Part shown: positions 11,401 through 20,635 of the stretch, in pieces | Layout of the letters: each line of letters begins with the position of its first letter | Numbering within the stretch: the first letter of the stretch is position 1 | DNA from: Phoronis australis | Taxonomy: Eukaryota; Animalia; Phoronida | Direction: 5' to 3' | Length of the DNA stretch: 64,000 bases | Assembly (NCBI GenBank): GCA_002633005.1 | Contig: NMRA01000145.1 | Coordinates: 718,973-782,972, forward strand | Program-made: the position numbers and the translations under genes | The notes under the pieces: model-generated | Seen by the model: the letters and a program-made list of their open reading frames with translations, nothing else | Databases searched by the model: none | What the model was told of the DNA's origin: nothing

Positions 11401-14400
11401 TGTTCTATTATCCAGTCTTCAGCACCAAATATCTACCTTAATTTATACACAAGTTGCATAAAGAGTTTTTTCAATACTATTTTCCGTCGTGAATTTTATT
11501 TTGTTTCTAAGTGTCGTGAAATCTTTATCCTTGGCTGCTGAGAGTGCATATTGTTTGAATTTCCACAGTTTGTGAAAATCATTTGTTTCATTTCAAATGT
11601 GATAACTCTTATATCAATGCTCAATTAATGGATGCAGAAGCTCATCATTGTTTGGGATTTACAATGTCTAGTCAACTGTGGTACAGTTCATGAATACTTT
11701 GTCAAATGGATGGCAGTGAGGCAGTTCTCAGATGTCTGCATGACAGAAAGAGGCAACCACCCAGTGTGGTCTTCCAGGAATCCTGTAGACATGCATACAG
11801 ACATCGTCCGTTCGACAAATTCGTGAACTTTACTTTACAGAGGATGCATGATATTTCAGTCTAATGTGCTGTGCAATAAAACAGTCTATGTACTGGTGTC
11901 AGTGACAGATTATCACAGCACCATTTGTGTTTTTGCTACCTGTTGGTGTCCATGAGACATCATTCACTGCACAAATACTAGATCATGCCCAACACACATT
12001 TGATCGTTGTTGTCTATGCCTGTCATCTGCCGATGTTTGTAGACAACTCCTTCTTTTTGTTGTCATGCAGCTATAATTGTAATCAAATATATGTGCTTGT
12101 ATAATTTCTAAGTTAATAAGTAAACTCACTATTCCTAAATCTGTGTACTATGAAATTCATAAAGGTCAATCCTTAATTCTAGTATTCATGATCAGTCTGA
12201 CTTTCATCTTTTTACCCTTTAACTGCTAACTCATGCGACATCTAATCCATTTTATGTCCAGCCTAATTTACTGTAATTGCTTAAACTCACGCTGCCCTTT
12301 TGCAGACACCAGCGAGCTCTTATGGTCGAAAATCGCGTCAGGTCTGGACATCATCTCATAGCTTGCTTTTAATTTGTGTGCACATTGCTGGTTCTAGATT
12401 TACAGCACTTACAGTACAGCCATACCTCACATGTTTCTTTACTTCTTCCCAAACATTAGGCATTATGGGCCTTAGGAACTTAAAACCACGCATTTTGACC
12501 TTTTTGGTAATAAAAGTTGATACTTCTGGGCCAATTGAGGAAATCTACAGCCACAGTCTTATTTAGAGTCACACAGCACAATAATTTTGTTTCCATGTTT
12601 GATTATACATTCATGATTGCAGTATGTCCGTTACGGTTTCGAGTGCCATCAAATTGTGTCCGTGAAATATGATCAACTTTGCCGAAGACATTCTGATGTT
12701 CCAACTAGCTGTGTAATTCCCACAAGGGTTTATATATAGGGTGTTCCAAAAATGAAACCAGGAAATGTATGAAATTTTAAATTGTAATTCTTTGGGAAAG
12801 AACAAGAATGTCAGTGTACTCGTATGGCTAAAACTTATGTGGAAAAAACTTTATAGGCTGAAGTTTTAAGTTGTTCGTATTTGAAAAAATAAATGCATTT
12901 ATGTAGTATTAATTAATAAATTATCAAAGCAAGGTTTTTTGGGTCACACTGTACTTTCAAGTCATTCATTTTTATTTGTCTCAGGGAATGAACAATTGAA
13001 CAGAGTGAATATGCTTTCAAAATTTGATAGTTAAGAGTGACATTTATGTTAAGGGTTGCACACGATTGTCAAAACCATTTGTTGATTTGTTTTTTTTTTG
13101 GTATTTGTTTGTCCTCAGTTTGTTTTGCATAGGGTTGCTGTGGATTAGCCACACATTTGTTTGTAGACAATATTTACTTTTGTCTAACTTCATTTTAAGT
13201 ATGTTGCTAATGCTACCAGTGGTAAGATACAACTTGAGGAGCCGCGTCTCTCTAACAGTTTCACAGACTCTATGGCCTCATAGTCCCAAGGTCTGTTTCA
13301 TGAAAGTGACTTTGAGACTTAGGACAGAAATTTGGTCTTCAGAGCTCCCACGTCACGTTTCTGAAATGGTCTTAGCTATAAGTAATTACAAGTGCTGAAA
13401 TAATTTGTAGGAGTTGTTAGCAGTTATGTCCATGTTCTCAGACTTTGCAATTTTGATCAAGTGAGATTTGATAATTTTTCAGGCATAGTTGTGTGAAGCG
13501 TATGATCAAAATTTAGTTTTAAGCTACTGTTAATGAAACAGACCCCTGCAGTATACATGTGCAGCTAAGACACACCCAATTGTGGCTTGGATGTTTTAAT
13601 TTGCCCTTTTTGTATAAAACTTACATTTGTATGCCTCCATTTTTAAACAGCCTTGGTAATTAACATGCCATTCTTTGCAAGGTTGACTATTTGCGTCCAA
13701 ATCATTCTGCAGTTGTGGCAAATGTTGCAAATTTGTGATAACTGATCTTTTATACTATTGGGTCACTAGTCTCTGAAACTAAGTTGCACTCGCGTAGACT
13801 TTTAGTTTGCCAGTCTTTGATACATATCATGAAAAAGGGGCATTTCAAATGCAGACACTATTAAAACGGTTAATTTTGATTAGAAGTTTTCTAATTCCGG
13901 AATTATTTTTGTTAGGATGAAAAAGAGGAGGAGGATCGTCTGGAAGAGGATGAGGACTTGGTTGAGAAAGCGGAGAAAGAATTCTACGACATCATTGCGC
14001 AGGAGCAGAAGTTACGAGAGAGGAAGGAAGCGCAGAAGAAAAAAGAGGCAGGAGAGGATAAAGCAGATGAGAGAAAGGTGAGTAATAGGACTGTGGTTAA
14101 TCTAGGGTGTGTGAAGAGGCATGACCCAAGTTTCCAAATTATGAACAGTTGCGATGGCCCTTGGCACATTTCATGGCATCTTGTACTTGGTCAATAGATT
14201 TGTGTAAGAACCACTTCTTGATGTCATGAACATTGATTTGCTTCTTTTGGAGTCGACCAGAACGATTACTGAATTACTGGTGACTTACAGCAATAAAAAC
14301 TGACTGATNATAGTTGTGTGAAGCGTATGATCAAAATGTAGTTTTAAGCTACTGTTAATGAAACAGACCCCTGCAGTATACATGTGCAGCTAAGACACAC

Positions 14401-16538
14401 CCAATTGTGGCTTGGATGTTTTAATTTGCCCTTTTTGTATAAAACTTACATTCGTATGCCACCATTTTTAAACAGCCTTGGTAATTAACATGCCATTCTT
14501 TGCAAGGTTGACTATTTGCGTCCAAATCATTCCGCAGTTGTGGCAAATGTTGCAAATTTGTGATAACTGATCTTTTTATACTATTGGGTCACTAGTCTCT
14601 GAAACTAAGTTGCATTCGCGTAGGCTTTTAGTTTGCCAGTCTTTGATACATATCATGAAAAAGGGGCATTCCAACTGCAGACTGTACTATTAAAATGGCT
14701 AATTTTGATTTGAAGTTTTCTAATTCCGGAATTATTTTTGTTAGGATGAAAAAGAGGAGGAGGATCGTCTGGAAGAGGATGAGGACTTGGTTGAGAAAGC
14801 GGAGAAAGAATTCTACGACATCATTGCGCAGGAGCAGAAGTTACGAGAGAGGAAGGAAGCGCAGAAGAAAAAAGAGGCAGGAGAGGATAAAGCAGATGAG
14901 AGAAAGGTGAGTAATAGGACTGTGGTTAATCTAGGGTGTGTGAAGAGGCATGACCCAAGTTTCCAAATTATGAACAGTTGCGATGGCCCTTGGCACATTT
15001 CATGGCATCTTGTACTTGGTCAATAGATTTGTGTAAGAACCACTTCTTGATGTCATGAACATTGATTTGCTTCTTTTGGAGTCGACCAGAACGATTACTG
15101 AATTACTGGTGACTTACAGCAATAAAAACTGACTGATATAAATTGCAATATCATAGATTGAAAGAGATGATTTTTTAATGGTTTGAATTTCTCGTGAAAA
15201 GTTAGTTAGGACTATTTTTCCATTCAAAGTACCTCGATGACTTTTGAATGAACTGCTTCTGTTCCTATTCAGAAGAGCAGAATTCAGGTTTTCTTTTGTG
15301 TATGGCTCAATAACTTCCAAGTTCCTTGATATATCTTCATGACCTTTTGCAAAATTGGTAAGTTTATATGAAGTAGATTATGGCACTCAACTATTTGCAA
15401 TTGGATTCGACCTTTTCTGCATCCCCTAGTGGCCATTTCTATTCTTTTTGTTCTTTTTGGCATCGGTCTTCATATTAGCCAGACTGATGGAAGATTCTTC
15501 ATGTCTGTGTTCGTATTTTGGAGAGCACGGCCTGACATTAGTTTTTCTTGTATATCAAGTATGGCACACTGTAGTGACAGTTTTTTTTCACGACTTCCTG
15601 GATGTCGACCAAGTTTTTTAGTGAATCTGAATGAGCTTTGGCACACGGTGTTGATTTTTGGACAGATCTAACGTGGTGCCACCTAGTGGCAAATTGTCAT
15701 TGTTTCTGTGTTAGTATCCTCCAAGCTCTTCAATAGCTATTCAGTTTGTCTTACCTGTTTCTAAATATTGAAAAATAGGAGTACCAACTATTTCCTTATT
15801 TCTTTACCATTTACGATGGATATGTTTCTCTTGTAACCTTAGTTAAGATCAATTATGATTGCGATAAGTAGTCTAATTTTTGGGCATTGAAAATTGCCGA
15901 AAGTGGCTCCATTGGGTTTTGAAAGACACACCGTGCCTCTGCTACAAAAATTGTCACATGGCACACTTTTAGTTTGCCAGATGTGCTCTATAATCAGGAG
16001 GCATATATACCCAGTGTACTTTTCACATACACTCAGATAACATGAGCTAAAGTTTAAAGGTGCATATTGACAGTCTTGACTGGTTAAACAAACAAAAAAT
16101 CAAATTGGGCCAGGTACTTCCTTAAAATTGATCTCGTAATACTCCTTGCTGTGATGGGATCCTTCTTCCAATGCCAACTAGAGCTTCAAAACCATCAGAG
16201 ATTGAAGACATTTCTTTAGCGTTTATTAGGGTTAGCTTGCCCTGTAAAATAGCATATTCTAAGATGGTTCATGTACGCATTGCCTGTGACTTCAGTTGGC
16301 AGCTCATTTGGCAATAATTCAAGATCAGATAAGCGTGGCAATGTTTTAATCTCTAATTAAAGCACTTTGCTTATCAGCTAAACAAGGGCAAAATGCAGCT
16401 GTAGGTAAGCAGTCACAAGCTTTTTATGTGCCTTACATTTGTGGTTTTAAGGAATCGCCAGTGGAAGAAGAAGCTAAGGACACCGAGGCAACACAAGAAA
16501 AGACAGACGAACCTTCTGAGAATAAAGAGGATTCTTAG
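2477..16538 (+). CDS. DNAI2: Dynein axonemal intermediate chain 2 (outer dynein arm IC2, WD40 repeat), 611 aa without optional microexons
   Basis: Coding exons with GT-AG borders and consistent phases: 2477-2659, 2980-3141, 5044-5305, 5916-6029, 6546-6808, 7302-7481, 7969-8012, 8356-8491, 9312-9458, 9884-9979, 13916-14077 (duplicate at 14745-14906), 16452-16538. Diagnostic peptides: [102 protein letters not shown]. Kozak context CCACCATGG. Confidence 0.97.
3482..4790 (-). mobile_element. 5'-truncated non-LTR retrotransposon (L1/Tx1-like LINE) in a DNAI2 intron
   Basis: Poly(T) at about 3480-3495 is the minus-strand poly(A), preceded by AATAAA on the minus strand. TSD AGAAAAGACTT at 3471-3481 and 4791-4801. 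ORF 3723-4754 encodes an ORF2 C-terminus ([24 protein letters not shown], zinc knuckle [18 protein letters not shown]). Confidence 0.92.
3723..4790 (-). CDS. LINE ORF2 C-terminal fragment (post-RT region with zf-RVT-type zinc knuckle), frame uninterrupted
   Basis: 343-aa ORF in the track; the frame stays open up to the truncation point at 4790 ([12 protein letters not shown] precedes it). Probably not translated because the element is truncated. Confidence 0.7.
   Translation of the reverse strand, partial: STAWLNLILNTDLISLECLKFGNYFYKYAASRTENPFWKELFNFLYDFSNIIDQEEIPYQPIWYNTNVLIGGKTVFWRRWFEKGVYYISDLLDEHGYLLSFEGFCKKFNFRPIFLNFYGLNEAVCQKWKISKRDKFSFYAPSIPIFVKLLLADKKGTKHIYNTLVLNKYARPRSEMKWQAELAIPDTTEWWKFAYFLNFTLDVKLRWFQFRLSHRIISCNSYLVKIGVTNSPLCTFCKTEPETLLHLYWQCDVVQNFWNNVEGWVRNKTNISLGTNVLTVFFGNRCRSQPIQNLILCLSKFHLYKQRLKGKPPNLIVLTKEINSYYSSEKHIYSKNLQMEKFTNRWSQMHNLIAM
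10181..10241. repeat. Tandem repeat, about 2.8 x 22 bp (actaagcagacggaattgttca)
   Basis: Read directly from the sequence; no spacers between units. Confidence 0.8.
11050..11177. mobile_element. Small MITE/hairpin with 22-bp inverted repeats
   Basis: agtacttccgtgactgaagaaa (11050-11071) pairs with tttcttcagtcacgtaagtgct (ending 11177) with 2 mismatches. Confidence 0.6.
11251..11286 (+). CDS. DNAI2: Candidate DNAI2 36-nt microexon A ([12 protein letters not shown])
   Basis: Acceptor cattttacag|, donor cag|gtgtga, phase 0-0 matching the flanking exons, no stop codon, 11/12 aa identical to microexon B. Confidence 0.75.
12306..12341 (+). CDS. DNAI2: Candidate DNAI2 36-nt microexon B ([12 protein letters not shown])
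   Basis: Branch-like ctcac followed by gctgcccttttgcag| acceptor, donor cag|gtctgg, phase 0-0, paralogous to microexon A. Confidence 0.75.
12737..12951. mobile_element. Tc1/mariner-type MITE
   Basis: Termini TA|tagggtgttccaaaaa ... tttttgggtcacactg|TA resemble cag(g/t)gtg mariner-like TIRs with TA flanks. Confidence 0.5.
13286..13548. mobile_element. MITE with ggtctgtttcat / atgaaacagacc termini (PIF/Harbinger-like)
   Basis: ccaaggtctgtttcat at about 13286 pairs with atgaaacagacccctg ending about 13548. Superfamily assignment is inference. Confidence 0.55.
13485..15137. repeat. About 825-bp near-identical tandem duplication split by a single N (14309), containing a DNAI2 exon; probable haplotype or assembly overlap
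   Basis: 13485-14308 matches 14310-15137. The exon copies are identical, with a few intronic SNPs and indels, and the junction is exactly the N. Confidence 0.85.
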
Positions 16539-16919
16539 ATGCTTCGACCAATTCTAAAACCTCTTCACCACTCTTCAGCAGAACTTCGGTTTCGTCTGCT
16601 AGGCAAATAAGCTTGAAAAACATGACTAGATGGATACCAAGACAAGTCTCTCACCAAGGTCCCTTATTTCAGAAAGTTTCTGAAATGTCTATTGTGGGCA
16701 AAATTTACTCCATATGTAATGCTCTGGGTTTAATATTTCTTATCGATTCAACATGTTTGGATTTCTTCTATCTGCAGGATTTTTTCAAAATCAGAATGGA
16801 ATCTCCTTGTACATGTTCAGTGACCTTTGAACATTCCTAAATGTTCATCTTGCAGCTCCAGTCTTGGAATTTGAAATTGCAGGACTGAATGTTAAAAATG
16901 TATCGAAGTATGTTAGTTT

Positions 16920-17007
16920 GTATGTGTGCATGTATGTATGTATGAATGAATGTATGTATGTATGTAAGTATGTATGTATGTATCATGTATGTATGTCTGT
17001 CTGTCTG
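16920..17007. repeat. (TGTA)n / (TCTG)n microsatellite in the DNAI2 3' UTR region
   Basis: tatgtatg... followed by tctgtctg..., read directly. Confidence 0.85.
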
Positions 17008-20000
17008 TTTGCCTATACACTGCTAAGAGCATGAGATTTTAACATTTTCTTGTTTTGAAAAGGCTATCATGTTAGAGTGAAAATTGTTGTATAGTTTTTC
17101 TCACTGAACTATCCTACTATAATAACTGCCCATTGTATAATTTCATGGAGTGTAAAATATCCTCTGCTAATGAGACAACTACTGAGAAGTGTTATCACTG
17201 TTTTGTGTTAAATTTATTGAACTGGAATATATTGCTATTGTTTTCATATCCAACCTAGTTACGATTATTATCTAGTGTTGACTGTTCTAGAAATACATAC
17301 AGCCGCCAAGTTCATTACGTAATTCAACTTCCGGTTTAGGTACGATTTTGTTGATAGAAATCTCATTGCTAGATTGCCCCCATTGTGTGTTCTGTTAAGC
17401 TAAAATCTTGCGAGTACAGCGAAATCCACGAGCTACCGCCATATAGTTCAGGAGGAGCAGGTGATCTAGACATCAAGCGCTCGCGAGTGACTAGCTTTAT
17501 TGAAGTCGACCCTGCTGGTCATAGGAAATCTTTCACGGCTTCACCAGTAAGGGTCATTGTTTCTGAACAGAGTCGTTACAGTGAGTGCAAAGGGCCCATC
17601 GTCCAAAATCAAATCACCGCACCCAACAGGCAATAGTCCGAAGGTCCGATAATCCCAACTCCTTTGGCTCACTCGTATATTTTCTGAGTTCACATCTTTG
17701 TCAATTTCCAGCGGCAGGTTGAAGAAGACTGCTGTCCAAAAAAATCGGTCTCTTGAAAGAGCGCTACGAAAAATGTGCTAAAGACATCACTCCTTTTAGG
17801 CCAATGCATTTTTTTATATTTCAGCTTGCTTTCGAAACTGAAAGGCCCATTCAAATAAGAAATTTGTCTAGATCGGATTTTCAGAAGGCTTGGTGACTTA
17901 AATCTAGGAACCAATTCTCTCACTGGTGCCTAGCCTAAACTGAGTAGATTTTTATTAGTAAGAAATGAATCTACTCAACAATTCGGGTGTTAAATGCAAT
18001 AGTACATTTTTACACAATATTTCGAACTTTTTAGACTGTGTTGTAACTTTTCCCTTAGCGATTAGGAAGATGCTGTGTTGGTTCAAAATATGCCATTGTA
18101 ACTTCATGCTATTTGCTGACGAAACATTTTTCACGGTTACTGGAATATTCCGATGTCTTGTGTATGGCGTGGTTTCCGGGACAGGTTGGAAATGACCGCT
18201 TCCACCACGTATGCATGAGTCTGTAAATAAAAAAGCAATTCGTTTTGCTATTAACATTTTGCCTTAGACTTAGGTATTCACTCTGTGAGAGCTCGGTTCT
18301 TTGGATATCCTCCGTGTTCCGTGAAATGCTCGTGTAAGTACAGCCCCGGGCTACCGACTCTGTCTTGCTGCATGATCGAGTCGCCCAGCATCACTTGGGG
18401 TCCTGTGGACGGTGAAAAATAGGAAAACGTCAAGTTGCAGCTTTAAAACTATATGCCCTTTGCAAAGATTGGAATTGTATTAGACATATGTATAACCCCT
18501 CCCCCCTCACCCATTGGCTGTCGGGAAAAAACATAAAAAGCGTGAGAAAATATTGAGTTTATTAAAGAACCCTGGTAACTAACATGCGGCTGAAACAAGA
18601 TAATGTGTACTGCTTTAGTTTTTGTGTGTGTGGGGGGGGGGCGCGGGCTCAGACCCGATTGCAAGTGTCAGAGCCGGCCAGACGTCCCGGCGCAATCGGT
18701 TTCCTTTTTTCAGTCATCCCTGTCCTCACAAATTCAGGCCCTCTCAATATTTGATGCTGTCGGGTTAAGCCCGCGCGGCGTGCTTAGCGCGATTCCCCGA
18801 CAAAATTTTGCCCCCCGCCCTTATGATATCCTAGATCGCCCACTGTTAATTCGTAAGTTTTGATAAAAAGCAAGCCTTCGATGGAGAACTTTTTGATTGT
18901 AACTCAACCAGAGTTGACTATTACAACCTCGAGGGTCTGTGCAGGAGACTAGGACAAATAGATACATTGCATAAACAATCCCTGGGTTGCTTTTTGTTCC
19001 GTCTGAAGAAAATTTAATTTCGAAAATATCTTCTGAAAATGAACAAAAAAGTGCATTAGTAAAATCAACAAGTTTTTAAGTGGTCTCAAAAAAACAGTCG
19101 GTAAATGCATTAATTTTAGTCTCAGTTCTTCCACGCGTGTTTCTCCCGAGAGGTTAGTACCTAACGTGCAGACGAGCGTTCCAAATTGGAACGCTAAGTC
19201 CCGCGTGGCAGCGCTGCACGCGAAACAAGATGGCGGACGACCTTTGGAGACTGACGACGAGAGGTAATCGGACTATACTGTGTGACTGTGTGTTATTGCA
19301 CAATAGAACAAAAATGAAAAATACACCTACTTGTTTATGGTCCACACCGTTTGCGCGCGAAACCTATTTCTTTTTGTAATATTTATCGATTAAAATTCAC
19401 ATCTTACCAGCAGCTTCTGTTTTTTCATCATCACTCAGATTCCGTTTTCTTTAAAAATGAAGTAATTTTCTTCATTGAACAGTGAAGCAGACGATGGAAA
19501 CGGAGTCATAGTGCGCAGCGCCACTGCCGGTCGTCTGAGATATCGCGGTAGAGCTTAGTTCCGTTACGATTGCGCCGTGTTCCGAATTTGACACTTGAAA
19601 TATTGGACCCGAGCCCCCCCCCCCCCTCAAACACACTAAAACCGTTAAACTCACGAACACTTTCCTACGCTCTTGCTGTTTTATTTTGTTTTGCGGCAGC
19701 CTATGTATTATCTCAGATTATCTCGACGTGTAGGTCAGCGATGCTGTGAGTCAACATGCAACTACGACGCAAGTATAGACAGTAGCCTTTTCCCACTGAT
19801 AAGTAGCCGGGAACTCGGAGGCTTTGTTCTGTCTTGTATAAAGCTGCAAGGTATGTTTACGTACAATATTCACATTTAGTTGGCGTCTCATTGTTTTAGG
19901 TATTTTTTGTTCCTCCGCAGCATGCAGCTTTTACGTCTAGTCTCAATTTGCCCGTAGACAGATTCACGGGAACGTGATAGCTGAAGGGGTGGATCTGCCA

Positions 20001-20635
20001 TCTTTTGAAGTACTAGGCCTACAATTAAGTACAAAGCAGCTGATGCACTGCATTCATGCTCCTGGCCTTCAATATCGTGGGTATATTGTGCGAGTGAAAT
20101 CTCCGGTAATATTAGATAACAAATTAAAGTAGAGAAACCGTAAATCATTGCAGAGACCACAAAATGCGAGTGGTTACACTTTTCTTAGAAATCTAGCCTG
20201 AACACTCGCCAGTAGGCTTACAGTACGTTGCTCGGCGTGTCGGCTTACAAACTTGAACAAGTACAGCCGGAGTGCGCCTTCAGTCCTGGATAATACAATA
20301 GAATATATTTTTTTCTTAACTCAGTGAGGAAGAAGGTAAGACCGACGACGGGTAGTTAGCCGAAATAAAAACTGATTTTTGACAGCTACTCACTGTTTGA
20401 ATTCTTCGGATGTTTATTTTGTCACTATAACACCATCTACATTGTTATACAATTTTAACACCAACTCCGTCTGCCGGGCCAGGACGAGAGTGTGTGATGG
20501 GATAGCTACCGTTTACCCAACCAAGAGGCCATCAGGGGCGGATCTAGGATTTTGAGTTAGGGAGAGGGCAGGGCAGAGTATTGTCTAGGATTTTGCCCGC
20601 CAGACATTCGCACCCCCGAATAGCCAAATGGCTTC

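Noticed and set aside
13916-14906. Apparent tandem duplication of a DNAI2 coding exon
   Set aside because: The exon copies are identical and the duplication junction is exactly a single N (14309), typical of an unmerged contig or haplotype overlap, unlike the diverged microexon pair.
17300-17700. GC-balanced coding-like stretch downstream of DNAI2
   Set aside because: The minus-strand frames are interrupted by stops, the plus-strand ORF has no recognisable homology, and no exon chain could be built.
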